From contig CAZMKN010000003.1 of NCBI GenBank assembly GCA_964567095.1, positions 3,996 through 39,997 on the forward strand: a stretch of 36,002 bases of DNA. Reading direction: 5' to 3'. The notes under the pieces were generated by a model. The model was not told the DNA's origin, did no database searches, and saw only the letters and a list, made by a program, of their open reading frames with translations. The position numbers and the translations under genes are program-made. Position 1 is the first letter of the stretch, and each line of letters starts with the position of its first letter. Source of the stretch: an uncultured Candidatus Saccharibacteria bacterium (GTDB taxonomy: Bacteria > Patescibacteriota > WWE3 > UBA101185 > UBA10185). Positions 23,868-32,944 of this stretch are shown in pieces.

Positions 23868-23870
23868 AAA
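23841..23870 (+). promoter_or_regulatory. Sigma-70-type promoter of groES-groEL
   Basis: TTGACA (23841-23846) and TATAAA (23865-23870) are separated by an 18-nt spacer. The promoter lies about 48 nt upstream of the groES ATG. The groES RBS AAGGAGG is at 23906-23912. Confidence 0.5.
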
Positions 23871-23917
23871 TTTACTCGCATTAGTAATTATTTTTTGAGT
23901 TCCCAAAGGAGGAGAAA

Positions 23918-24211
23918 ATGAAAAAAATTAAACCTTTATTTGACTATTTGCTTATAGAGCCGTTGGAGAAAGAAACCACACTTCCATCCGGTATAGTTAT
24001 TCCTGATTCCGCAAAGGAAAAACCACAAGAAGGAAAAATTGTAGCTTCCGGTCCCGGCGTGAAGGACAAAAACGGAAAGCTTATTCCCATGGAAGTATCC
24101 GTTGACGACGTAGTTGTGTATAAAAAGTGGGGAGGCACAGAAATCAAAGTAGATGGAAAAGATTACATATTAGTTAAGCAAGAGGACTTGCTAGCTGTAG
24201 TTAAGGAATAA
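23918..24211 (+). CDS. groES: Co-chaperonin GroES
   Basis: It is 97 aa. IKPLFDYLLIEPLE...LPSGIVIPDSAKEKPQEGKIVASGPG...VVYKKWGGTEIKVDGKDYILVKQEDLLAVV is a textbook Cpn10 sequence. Confidence 0.95.
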   Translation: MKKIKPLFDYLLIEPLEKETTLPSGIVIPDSAKEKPQEGKIVASGPGVKDKNGKLIPMEVSVDDVVVYKKWGGTEIKVDGKDYILVKQEDLLAVVKE

Positions 24212-24232
24212 TTATTTTAAAAGGAGATTATT

Positions 24233-25891
24233 ATGGCAAAGAATATTATTTATGATGAAGAAGCACGAAAAAAGCTCAAAAGCGGTATCGATAAGTTAGC
24301 GAAAGCTGTTGTTACTACTCTTGGCCCAAAAGGACGAAATGTATCTATGGCGAAAAGCTGGGGCACTCCTCAAGTAGTTCATGATGGCGTCACTGTGGCG
24401 AAAGAAATAGAGCTCGCAGACCCATTTGAAAACATGGGAGCCCAATTAGTGAAAGAGGCTGCTACTAAAACCAATGATGTGGCAGGAGACGGTACTACTA
24501 CAGCTATTTTGTTGGCTCAGGCTATAGTTGAGGAAGGTCTGAAGAATGTATCGGCAGGTGCTAATCCCATGATTTTAAGAAAAGGTCTAGAGATGGCCGC
24601 AGAAAAAACTGTGGCGGAGATAAAGAAATTATCCGCAGAAATTTCTACAAAGGAAGAAAGGGCTCAGGTAGCAACAATTTCTGCACAAAGTGAGGAAATT
24701 GGGAGCATCATTTCCGAGGCAATGGAAAAAGTTGGTGAGAATGGCGTTCTAACTGTTGGTGAGTCTAAAGGATTGGAAATGGAGTTAGAGTATAAGGAAG
24801 GTATGCAGTTTGATAAGGGGTATTCCTCACCTTACTTTGTAACTGATCCAGAAAAGATGGTTGCAGAAATAGAGGATCCATATATTTTGGTTACAGACTC
24901 AAAAATATCCAGTATTCAGGAGCTACTTCCAATGTTGGAAAACTTGGTTAAGGTATCGAAAAATTTGGTAATAATAAGTCAAGGCATTGACGGCGAGGCT
25001 TTAGCCACTTTGGTTGTAAACAAGCTAAGAGGTACATTTAATGCTCTGGCGTTGGAAGTTCCCGGGTTTGGTGATCGCAAAAAAGCTATTTTAGAAGACA
25101 TAGCGGTTTTGACCAGCGCCACTTTAATTAGTGGGGATACAGGGAGAGAGTTGGCTTCTGTAACAGTGGATGATTTAGGAAAGGCCGAAAAGGTTATCTC
25201 AACGAAAGATAATTCCACAATAGTTGGAGGACAGGGGGCTAAGGAAAAGATTGACGCCCGTGTGGATCAGATTAAAGCTCAAATGGAGCAATCCACTTCC
25301 GACTATGACAAAGATAAATTAAAAGAGAGAATGGCCAAATTGTCAGGCGGTGTAGCCGTTATTAATGTTGGTGCAGCCACAGAAACAGAGCTTAAAGAGA
25401 AGAAATTACGTGTGGAGGACGCTGTAAATGCTACTAAAGCCGCTGTAGAGGAGGGTATCGTTCCAGGAGGTGGTGTGGCATTTTACAGGGCTCGCGAAGT
25501 TATAAAGGATCTCAAGCTTGAGGGAGATGCCTCAACCGGTACTAGTATTTTATATTCTGCTTTAGATCGTCCGATTAGGCGTTTAATTGAGAATGCAGGT
25601 AAAGATGCGGGAGAGGTTCTCGCCGGAATGACACACTTTGCGAAGAGCTCGGATTATAAGGGTAAGAAGGGAAATGTTGGATTTAATGTAATGTCTTTAG
25701 AATATAGTGACATGATTAAAGACGGCATTATAGATCCTACAAAAGTGGTAAGGGTAGCCCTCCAGAACGCTGTTTCCGTAGCTATTATGGTTCTTACAAC
25801 TGACTGTTTGATCGCGGATGAGCCAAAGAAGGACGCTCCTGCTGGTGGAATGCCGGCTGGGGGAATGGGCGGAATGCCGGGAATGATGTAA
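24233..25891 (+). CDS. groEL: Chaperonin GroEL
   Basis: [35 protein letters not shown] and a C-terminal GGM repeat are all present. The RBS AAGGAG is at 24221-24226. Confidence 0.97.
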   Translation: MAKNIIYDEEARKKLKSGIDKLAKAVVTTLGPKGRNVSMAKSWGTPQVVHDGVTVAKEIELADPFENMGAQLVKEAATKTNDVAGDGTTTAILLAQAIVEEGLKNVSAGANPMILRKGLEMAAEKTVAEIKKLSAEISTKEERAQVATISAQSEEIGSIISEAMEKVGENGVLTVGESKGLEMELEYKEGMQFDKGYSSPYFVTDPEKMVAEIEDPYILVTDSKISSIQELLPMLENLVKVSKNLVIISQGIDGEALATLVVNKLRGTFNALALEVPGFGDRKKAILEDIAVLTSATLISGDTGRELASVTVDDLGKAEKVISTKDNSTIVGGQGAKEKIDARVDQIKAQMEQSTSDYDKDKLKERMAKLSGGVAVINVGAATETELKEKKLRVEDAVNATKAAVEEGIVPGGGVAFYRAREVIKDLKLEGDASTGTSILYSALDRPIRRLIENAGKDAGEVLAGMTHFAKSSDYKGKKGNVGFNVMSLEYSDMIKDGIIDPTKVVRVALQNAVSVAIMVLTTDCLIADEPKKDAPAGGMPAGGMGGMPGMM

Positions 25892-25924
25892 AAGGTTTTC
25901 GTTCCACTAACTTGGTTAAATATG

Positions 25925-25950
25925 AAAGGCCCTGAATTCTCAGGGCCTTT
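25925..25950 (+). terminator. Stem-loop terminator after groEL, possibly bidirectional
   Basis: AAAGGCCCTGA-attc-TCAGGGCCTTT forms an 11-bp perfect stem that ends in TTT. It sits in the convergent gap between groEL and the 26056..26904 gene. Confidence 0.6.
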
Positions 25951-26055
25951 ATGGTTCGTTATATTTCACAGATAATCCTTATTATTTTTTAGATTTGACT
26001 GTAATTTTCTTATCCTCTATTATCCCAGCGGTGTAAGTGCCAATTGTCAATAGTT

Positions 26056-26904
26056 TCATGTTCTTTTAGTCAAGTTTTCTTTGTACTTTATTAAGATTTC
26101 CTCGGTTTTATCATTCTTGTTAAAGTGTATAAGTTTAGGTGTAACTTTTTCGCTGACAATTTTCTTCCCCATATACTTTTTTTGTGCCCAATACACAGCT
26201 TTTTCTAATAGATCTAAAACCTTTGGATTAGACCCCTGAAAATTTTCTATTTTTTCGAACTCAAAATTTGGAAAGAAATTTTCGCACCATTTATTTGCAG
26301 TCAAAAATCTCCAGTAAGTTTTTTCACGGTTAATTATTGGTTGCATCCGCACAATTTCTGAGGCAATGTAAAGGTTTTGTTTTTTCCTTTCCCACAACAT
26401 ATTATCCTCAGCTATGAGCAGGTTTGGACAGACTTTATCTACGGAGTTTTTATCTGTGCGATATTTCCCCAAAGACTTTAAGTACAGGACGATGAATAGT
26501 CGCGTTAGCCAAAGCCGTTTTTTCTGGGCCACAACAAAAACATCTACATCTCCTTTTTCCTGTGGATTAGAGGCTGCTAAGGGCCCTGTTAAAGCCAGTA
26601 ACTTTATCCACGGGATTTTCTCCAAACGTTTTATAATATCTCTAGCTTGTTCTGTTTTTCTTGCCGTTTCTTTGAGCTTTTCGGGCCAATTCTCCGCGTA
26701 TTTTTGTGCGACGCAATATTTCCCCGCCTTTTGTGAAATTATCCTGCGTTTCTCCAATTCCCTTAAAGCTTTAACTAAATCCTTATATGAGCACCTACAT
26801 CCTAAGTAGGTACCTAGCTGATAAAAACTTAGCGGATATTTGAAGACCTCGGAATAAGCTAGAGTCTTAAGGACCTCGTTTTTTAGCTTTTTTGGTGAAG
26901 ACAT
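26056..26904 (-). CDS. Hypothetical protein with an N-terminal winged-helix-like region and a nucleotidyltransferase-fold-like core
   Basis: LLALTGPLAASNPQEKGDVDVFVV resembles the minimal-NTase G[SP]..(n)..D.D motif. The N-terminal sequence YKDLVKALRELEKRRIISQKAGKYCV looks like a wHTH. The assignment is weak. Confidence 0.4.
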   Translation of the reverse strand: MSSPKKLKNEVLKTLAYSEVFKYPLSFYQLGTYLGCRCSYKDLVKALRELEKRRIISQKAGKYCVAQKYAENWPEKLKETARKTEQARDIIKRLEKIPWIKLLALTGPLAASNPQEKGDVDVFVVAQKKRLWLTRLFIVLYLKSLGKYRTDKNSVDKVCPNLLIAEDNMLWERKKQNLYIASEIVRMQPIINREKTYWRFLTANKWCENFFPNFEFEKIENFQGSNPKVLDLLEKAVYWAQKKYMGKKIVSEKVTPKLIHFNKNDKTEEILIKYKENLTKRT

Positions 26905-26909
26905 ACCTT

Positions 26910-27335
26910 TTATGAATTGCAGTTGTCTAATACCTCGTTTACTAAACTATCTGCCTTTTTATTTTTCTCTCTAGGAACGTGCCTGTAATTTACCATTTCA
27001 AATTCCTTTTCCAACACTTTAATTTCCTCAAAAAATACCTTTAGACGCTCATTTTTCACTTTATACACGCCGTTTAATTGTTTAACAATTAATTCGCTGT
27101 CTAAAAAGCACATTAGGTTTTTTGCTCCAGACTTTATTGCCGTTTTTAAACCGATCGTTAAAGCTCTATATTCCGCTTCGTTATTAGTTCCTTTTCCTAG
27201 ATAAACTCCAATTTCTTTTATGAATGATTTATCCGACGTGTACAAAAATATTCCGGCAGCCGAAGGTCCAGGATTACCTCTAGCCCCGCCGTCCGTAAAA
27301 AGCACGAAATTTGTATCTAAATCTTTTTTATCCAT
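26910..27335 (-). CDS. rnhA: Ribonuclease HI
   Basis: The DEDD residues sit in canonical contexts: LFTDGGARGNPGPSAAG, NNEAEYRAL, LDSELIVKQ and NKKADSLVN. Confidence 0.8.
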   Translation of the reverse strand: MDKKDLDTNFVLFTDGGARGNPGPSAAGIFLYTSDKSFIKEIGVYLGKGTNNEAEYRALTIGLKTAIKSGAKNLMCFLDSELIVKQLNGVYKVKNERLKVFFEEIKVLEKEFEMVNYRHVPREKNKKADSLVNEVLDNCNS

Positions 27336-27948
27336 TTTTTTCTTCCTCCAAACAACTTTTTAATGCCAAGTATACCGTACCACCCCCCGAAGCTAGAAGA
27401 GCCCCAACTAATCCAAAAACATAACCATTTCTATATGATTTTTGAACAACCGGATTTTCACTCAGTTTTTTCAGATATAGATTTGAATCGCCGTTTTTAT
27501 TTATTTCAATTGAAATCTCCCTCAAGTTCTCGGCCACTGTTTCCCAAATTTCTAGAGCCGCCTCCTGAGAGTTGTCTTTAATTTCAACCGCAACGAGCTG
27601 CGGTCCCTCATCTTTAATGCGTGTTTTGTTCTTTAGTTTCCTCAAGTCCTTGTCAGTAAAAGGGATTTTAAGTTGCTCCAGTACCTTTGCTCGAAATGAT
27701 GTATCTTCTAAAATCCCTCGGATGGTTTTTGAGTACATTATGGATGTTTGTTGTCCGTAATATCCCGAATAGGTATACTCCATTTCTTTTTCTTCAGGAG
27801 TTCTGGAGATGTAAAAAGTTCCTTTGGCAACGAATTTGTCAGGTATTAAGAAGAATACCCCAACCCCTAAAATACCCCCTATCAAAAAAGTAATTAACAA
27901 CTTAATTTTCTCCCTGCCAAAGAATTTAAAGATTTCTTTTAGTTCCAT
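27328..27948 (-). CDS. Wzz-like (polysaccharide co-polymerase) short membrane protein
   Basis: An N-terminal TM is followed by PDKFVAKGTFYISR (compare the Wzz p.Y.a...l.v pattern). A helical periplasmic-type region follows, then a C-terminal TM (YVFGLVGALLASGGGTVYLAL). It overlaps rnhA by 8 nt. Confidence 0.45.
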   Translation of the reverse strand: MELKEIFKFFGREKIKLLITFLIGGILGVGVFFLIPDKFVAKGTFYISRTPEEKEMEYTYSGYYGQQTSIMYSKTIRGILEDTSFRAKVLEQLKIPFTDKDLRKLKNKTRIKDEGPQLVAVEIKDNSQEAALEIWETVAENLREISIEINKNGDSNLYLKKLSENPVVQKSYRNGYVFGLVGALLASGGGTVYLALKSCLEEEKNG

Positions 27949-28008
27949 AAAGGCATTATATCGAATAATTTTTTGTTATATACTGATAACAGTTTAGAAA
28001 CTGCCCAT

Positions 28009-31000
28009 ATGTCAAAAGAACTAGTTATAAAAAAGACGCCTTCAATTCCTACTATTCTTATATCTAAAGGAATTACTTTCTTAGGTTTAAATCTATGCGC
28101 GAAACTTTTGGAGAAAGGTGCGCGTGTTGTTGTTTTGGATACAGTAACCGATGAAGTTAGTGCTCGTGCGAAAAAGCTTTTGAGTCACCCAAACTTTGCG
28201 TTATTCAACTTTGATCCAGACGAGGGTCTTCCGAAAAAGATTCAGTCTGTCGATTATGTTCTGTCTTTAAACTATCCGGATGACCTTTTAAGCGATAATT
28301 TTAATTTGGTCTCAGAGGCCTTTTTTACAAAAAATCTTTTAGATTTAGCCATTAGCTCAAAGGCCAAATTTGCGCTTGTAGAACCTTGTTTTCATAAAAA
28401 ATCCGAAGGTGTAAATAATATGGAGACTTATTCACATGGAAAAAACAGCTCTTTTCTCCGTTCTTTAATCTGGGATTATGTGAAAAAGAAAAGACTTGAT
28501 GGACGCATAATTCGCGTTTGCCAGGTTTATGGTGCCGGAATGTCTTTGGACTCTATGTATGGTTTGGCATGCCTTGTTTCCTCTACACTGAACGGAAGAG
28601 ACTTAAAAATTTTAGGCGATGGTGTTGCTAAAGGTTTTTACCTACATGTTGACGATGCTGTTTCGGGAATTATTAAAGCGTTGTTTTACAAGAGGACATC
28701 AGGAAGGATCTTTAAACTTTTGAGCAGAGATTCCCACGCTGATTTGGAACTAGCCTTTATTTTGAGAGGCCTGTCTAACACGGAATTAAACTTGCAATAC
28801 TCTGATATTCCTCAACAAGAGTTTATTTTCGACAGTTCGTTGGGCGAAACCGTCCCTCGCTGGGAGCAGACAAAAACTTTAAAACAGGGTTTAACAGAGA
28901 CTTTACAAGGCTTCGGATATGAAGTAAACAACCACTCATTTAAACCAAACAAAGTAATCGAAGCAAAACTTAATGAATCACAAAAGGTGCGGGAAATAAC
29001 TTCTTTAGTGGATTTGAAGAAAGAAACTTTTGGCAAAACATATTCTACGGTTTTCCCAAAACCAAAAGCTGTTTTTAAGTTTCCCAAATTGAAAATTTCT
29101 CTTCCCAAATTGCCTCGTTTAAATAAGTTCTCGAATCTGCCCAAATTTCCCAAGATTGGTAGTAAGAAACTTGACTTACAGAAAAGTGTATCGGCGTTTC
29201 CTCAGTCAATTAGCGCAAAAACAGTAAGAGCTCTTTATTTGGTTTCTTTTGTCATCTTGACTTTGCTTTTTACCTTAATTATTCCGGCAACTCAGGCCTA
29301 TCTTCATTGTAAGAAGGCCTATAAAGCCATGGAAGACGTTTCCCTAAATATTTCTCGTTTGCAAACTGAGCCTTCTAAAATTGCAGCAAAAGAGGCTTTT
29401 GAAAATTTCCACATAGCCCGCCTAAACTTTAAAAAACTGAGTTGGATTTTCTCATTAGTGGGTCAAAAAGAAATGTATTCGTCAGTAAACAGTCTTTTAG
29501 GTTCAGCCACGAGTTTTACGGGTACTTTTTATAGAATGTCGAAAGCGTTGGATCCTTTTAGCTCTTCTTGGGAAGTTGTAAAGCCTAATTCCGAAGCGAG
29601 CTTGGAAACCCGGGATTTTGAAACAAGCCTGATTGAGCTCTCACAAGCTCGTGACACCTTGGATTTGGCTATAGCTGATCTTAAGCTTGTAGATAGGGCG
29701 AGGATTCCGCAAATTTTGCACGGTAAGTTGGAGAGGTACGAAGAGGCCGTTAAGTTTTCGGATTCATTATTAAATGATGCCTTGATTGTTATGCGAACGC
29801 TTCCGGAGGTAGTTGGATCTGAAGGGGAGAAGCATTATTTACTACTATTACAGAATTCTAATGAAATCCGCCCTACCGGAGGTTTTATAGGTTCTTATGC
29901 TACGTTGACATTAGAGAACGGGAAGATTAAGTCTCTAAATTTGGATGACATTTATAACCCGGACGGTCAAATAGATACAAGGGGGATTGTTTCCGCCATT
30001 CCCCCCCCACTTGCTGAGTTTTTGGATGAGGACATTATGCATATTCGAAATGCCAACTGGTCTCCGGACTTTCCTTCAAGCGCCGAATCTATCGAAGATC
30101 TCTTTTTCAGGTTGGATAGCACTACATTCGATGGTGTTATAGCTTTAGATTTGGATCTAATAAAGTCGGTTTTAGATGTTACAGGTCCTGTGTTTTTAGC
30201 AGCTTTTAATGAGGAGGTTAGTTCCGAGAACGTTTATGAGAGAACTCAGTATTACAGTGAGTTTGACTATCAGGAGGGTATAAGCGATAAGAGAAGTTTT
30301 TTAACGGTTCTTTCAGGTAAACTCTTGGAAAGCCTTTTCGCCCTACCTAACGAGAAACTCCCAGCTTTTGTTGACGCCATATCTATTGCCTTAAATCAGA
30401 AGCATTTACTAATAACAATGGATAATCCTTCTATGGCCTCATTTTTGGAAAAAAAAGGATGGGCGGGTTCTATGAAAAATCCTAGTGGGGATTTTCTAAT
30501 GGTTGTTAACTCGAACTTAGGAGGTACTAAAGCGAATTATTTTGTCGAAAATTCCTATGATTATTCTGTGACTTCAGATACCAGAGATGGCTTATTGCGC
30601 TCTCATCTAACATTGGATTACAAGCACAATGGTTTGGATAATGCTTGGCCCGGAGGACCGTACACGGATTATTTGCGAGTTTATGTTCCTTTGGGATCTA
30701 GGTTAACGGGGGTTACAAAGAGCCTAGAAAATTCGCTTCCAAAGGATATTTTTGAACAGGTGATTTCTTACGATGAGGGGAATTACACGGTTTTTGCAAC
30801 AAGTTTTGTTTTAGAGCCGCAGGAGAGTTTAAGGCTGTCATTAAGCTACGATTTGGCGGATAAGTTGCTACTTTCAAAGGAGGACAAAAAATATTTGCTA
30901 TATTGGCAAAAGCAAGCGGGGACGCAAGATGACGTATTTAGATTTTACTTTAAAGGCCCTTTTGGTACGGAAATAACGACATATAGTCCTTCTGAAATGA

Positions 31001-31074
31001 TTAAGGAGAAAAATATGGCTTCGTTTGAGGGCTTTTTGAACATGGATACAGAAATGAGTCTTGTTCTGAAGTGA
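28009..31074 (+). CDS. Fusion protein: degenerate NAD-epimerase/dehydratase (extended SDR)-like domain, basic FPK-repeat linker, TM helix, DUF4012 ectodomain
   Basis: The start is placed at ATG 28009; the ORF track begins at a TTG at 27973. The SDR-like N-domain has ILISKGITFLGLNLCAKLLEKGARVVVLD and YSHGK. The TM is LYLVSFVILTLLFTLIIPA. LLLLQNSNEIRPTGGFIGSYATLTLENGKI...LDDIYNPDGQ is the DUF4012 hallmark. Confidence 0.75.
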   Translation: MSKELVIKKTPSIPTILISKGITFLGLNLCAKLLEKGARVVVLDTVTDEVSARAKKLLSHPNFALFNFDPDEGLPKKIQSVDYVLSLNYPDDLLSDNFNLVSEAFFTKNLLDLAISSKAKFALVEPCFHKKSEGVNNMETYSHGKNSSFLRSLIWDYVKKKRLDGRIIRVCQVYGAGMSLDSMYGLACLVSSTLNGRDLKILGDGVAKGFYLHVDDAVSGIIKALFYKRTSGRIFKLLSRDSHADLELAFILRGLSNTELNLQYSDIPQQEFIFDSSLGETVPRWEQTKTLKQGLTETLQGFGYEVNNHSFKPNKVIEAKLNESQKVREITSLVDLKKETFGKTYSTVFPKPKAVFKFPKLKISLPKLPRLNKFSNLPKFPKIGSKKLDLQKSVSAFPQSISAKTVRALYLVSFVILTLLFTLIIPATQAYLHCKKAYKAMEDVSLNISRLQTEPSKIAAKEAFENFHIARLNFKKLSWIFSLVGQKEMYSSVNSLLGSATSFTGTFYRMSKALDPFSSSWEVVKPNSEASLETRDFETSLIELSQARDTLDLAIADLKLVDRARIPQILHGKLERYEEAVKFSDSLLNDALIVMRTLPEVVGSEGEKHYLLLLQNSNEIRPTGGFIGSYATLTLENGKIKSLNLDDIYNPDGQIDTRGIVSAIPPPLAEFLDEDIMHIRNANWSPDFPSSAESIEDLFFRLDSTTFDGVIALDLDLIKSVLDVTGPVFLAAFNEEVSSENVYERTQYYSEFDYQEGISDKRSFLTVLSGKLLESLFALPNEKLPAFVDAISIALNQKHLLITMDNPSMASFLEKKGWAGSMKNPSGDFLMVVNSNLGGTKANYFVENSYDYSVTSDTRDGLLRSHLTLDYKHNGLDNAWPGGPYTDYLRVYVPLGSRLTGVTKSLENSLPKDIFEQVISYDEGNYTVFATSFVLEPQESLRLSLSYDLADKLLLSKEDKKYLLYWQKQAGTQDDVFRFYFKGPFGTEITTYSPSEMIKEKNMASFEGFLNMDTEMSLVLK
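29050..29154 (+). repeat. In-frame imperfect tandem repeat encoding [F/L]PK units
   Basis: The DNA motif (T)TCCCAAA(TT) recurs five times and encodes VFPKPKAVFKFPKLKISLPKLPRLNKFSNLPKFPK, just upstream of the TM helix. Confidence 0.6.
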
Positions 31075-31095
31075 TATACTGTTACTGTGCATATA

Positions 31096-32028
31096 ATGCA
31101 ATCTCCGGAGTGGGAGAAATTTAAAAGTTCTTATGGTACGGAAACCGTTCGTGTAGGCGGGCTTTTGTATACTAAACATCGCATTCCTCTTACTAATAAT
31201 TATTATGGCTATAGCGCAAAGATGGATCCTTTTTCCCTAAATTTTGAAGCTATTCGAAAGTCGTTGGAGGAAAATAACTGTATTAACTTGAATTTTGATG
31301 TACCTAATGTTTTGGCAGATTCTGAAGATGCTGATGAGGCTCGAAAAGTGTACGCAGATGCTGACTGTGTGCTGTCTCCAAAGACCACATTCACCACCTA
31401 TAATCTATTATTGGATTTGACTCTTTCGGAGGAGGATCTGCTTAAAAATATGCACAATAAGCAAAGGTACAATATTCGATATGCAGAAAAGAAGGGTGTT
31501 GTTGTGAAAGAGGAAAAGGGTTCTGAGGCTTTTGATATTTTTTGCGACTTGGCGATGAAAACAGCTGATAGGCAAGGTTTTTATATGCATCCGAAGGAAT
31601 ATTATAAAAAGCTTTGGGAGATTTTAGGTCCCGCAGGCATCGCTCATATTTTAGTTGGTTATTACAAGGACGAACCATTGGCTGCCTGGATGTTTTTTGT
31701 TTACGACGGTGTTTTGTACTATCCGTATGGAGGATCTTCGGCCAAATACCGTAATTTGCAGGCCAGTACTTTGGTTGGTTGGAGAGGAATACTCTTGGGT
31801 AAGAGCCTGGGTTGTGAAATACTCGATCTGTGGGGGGCTTGCGAAGATCCAGATGATAGGACAGATCCCGAATGGGGATTTACCAATTTCAAGAAAAAAT
31901 TTGGGGCCGAACACGTGAAGTATATTCCCTCGTATGATTTGGTTTTGAATCCCGTTATGTACGAGACCTTTAATTTTGCTAACAAGGCGCGCTGGGCTTT
32001 CTTGAAATTAAAAAAGAAGGTTTTTTAG
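31096..32028 (+). CDS. FemAB-family peptidoglycan bridge-forming aminoacyltransferase (paralogue 1)
   Basis: Family-typical stretches are MQSPEWEKFKSSYG, KQRYNIRYAEKKGVVV, LYYPYGGSSAKYRNLQAS and FKKKFGAEHVKYIPSYDL. An alternative GTG start lies at 31087. Confidence 0.75.
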   Translation: MQSPEWEKFKSSYGTETVRVGGLLYTKHRIPLTNNYYGYSAKMDPFSLNFEAIRKSLEENNCINLNFDVPNVLADSEDADEARKVYADADCVLSPKTTFTTYNLLLDLTLSEEDLLKNMHNKQRYNIRYAEKKGVVVKEEKGSEAFDIFCDLAMKTADRQGFYMHPKEYYKKLWEILGPAGIAHILVGYYKDEPLAAWMFFVYDGVLYYPYGGSSAKYRNLQASTLVGWRGILLGKSLGCEILDLWGACEDPDDRTDPEWGFTNFKKKFGAEHVKYIPSYDLVLNPVMYETFNFANKARWAFLKLKKKVF

Positions 32029-32031
32029 CTC

Positions 32032-32931
32032 GTGGAATTTCCGTTGGATTTGAGACAGTCAGATGCGTGGGGAGAGTATTTGAAGTTTTTAGGATGGAAT
32101 ATTTTCAGTACTTCTGCCGGTGTTAATTTTGCGACCATGCAGAGTAAGTTTGGTAATGTTGTTAAGGTTCAGAGGCCCGCAAAGTTGTTGGAAGATGATC
32201 TAAAGGAGATTGAGAAGAAAGCTTTGGAAATTAATTCTGCCTTGATAAAAGTCGAGCCGAGTTTGAAGCAGGATTTGGATGTTTTGAGAAATCATGGGTA
32301 CATAAAAAATAAGTCTCCTTTATGCCCATCAGCTACTCTCTTTATTGATTTAACAAAGCCGGAAGATACGTTGGAGAAGTCTCTATCGAGGAGTTGCAAG
32401 TATTCGATAAGGCGCGCAAGAAGAGAGGGTGTTGAGATTGAGTTTCATAGAAAACCTTCTGGGGAAATTTTGGAAAGTTTTTATAAGATTCATAAATCTA
32501 CCGGGCGCCAAAAAAAATTCTATATTCAAAGTTTTGAGGATGTTTCGAAGAAGGTGGAGGTTTTTGGCGATAACGCTATTTTGGGAGTAGCTTTTTCTGA
32601 TGGGACGATTACTGGCGCGAATTTATTTCTAGGTTTTGGCGAGGCGGCTTGGTACATTCACGGAGGCACGACTCCGGAAGGTAGGAAAAATAAAAACGGA
32701 TATGAGCTTTATTGGCAGTCTATTCTATACTTGAAAATTTTAGGGTTTAAGTGGTTGGATTTGGAAGGTGTCGACGATAAAAGGTTTCCTAATTTCACAA
32801 GAAATTGGGGCGGCTTAAGTTATTTTAAGGAGAAATTTGGTGGTATTAGGGTGGAATTCCCATCTCCTTATGTAAAGCTTATAAATCCTTGGTTGAAAAG
32901 ACTATCGAAATTTATAGACCTACCCATTTAA
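32032..32931 (+). CDS. FemAB-family peptidoglycan bridge-forming aminoacyltransferase (paralogue 2)
   Basis: It has a GTG start 3 nt after paralogue 1. RQSDAWGEYLKFLGW, CKYSIRRARREGVEIEF, AWYIHGGTTPEGRKNKNGYELYW and FKEKFGGIRVEFPSPY show the same architecture as paralogue 1. Confidence 0.75.
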   Translation: MEFPLDLRQSDAWGEYLKFLGWNIFSTSAGVNFATMQSKFGNVVKVQRPAKLLEDDLKEIEKKALEINSALIKVEPSLKQDLDVLRNHGYIKNKSPLCPSATLFIDLTKPEDTLEKSLSRSCKYSIRRARREGVEIEFHRKPSGEILESFYKIHKSTGRQKKFYIQSFEDVSKKVEVFGDNAILGVAFSDGTITGANLFLGFGEAAWYIHGGTTPEGRKNKNGYELYWQSILYLKILGFKWLDLEGVDDKRFPNFTRNWGGLSYFKEKFGGIRVEFPSPYVKLINPWLKRLSKFIDLPI

Positions 32932-32944
32932 ATTAGAGCAGTTT

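Noticed and set aside
25837-25888. A short repetitive GGAATGCCGG / GGNATG DNA stretch lies at the end of groEL.
   Set aside because: It encodes the normal GGM-repeat C-terminal tail of GroEL ([17 protein letters not shown]) and is not an independent repeat element.
29050-29154. Repeated TCCCAAA(TT) DNA units, considered as a possible CRISPR array, tandem-repeat locus or phase-variation tract.
   Set aside because: The units are irregularly spaced, imperfect and in frame within a long ORF, where they encode [F/L]PK peptide repeats. There is no spacer/repeat periodicity and no homopolymer tract that would shift the frame.
31209-31985. A nest of six overlapping ORFs of 60-88 aa lies on both strands inside FemAB paralogue 1.
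   Set aside because: The long plus-strand frame has clear FemAB-family motifs throughout. The others are Pro/Ser/Arg-rich or nonsense-like products of a locally stop-poor, G+C-richer composition. They are noted only as a compositional oddity.
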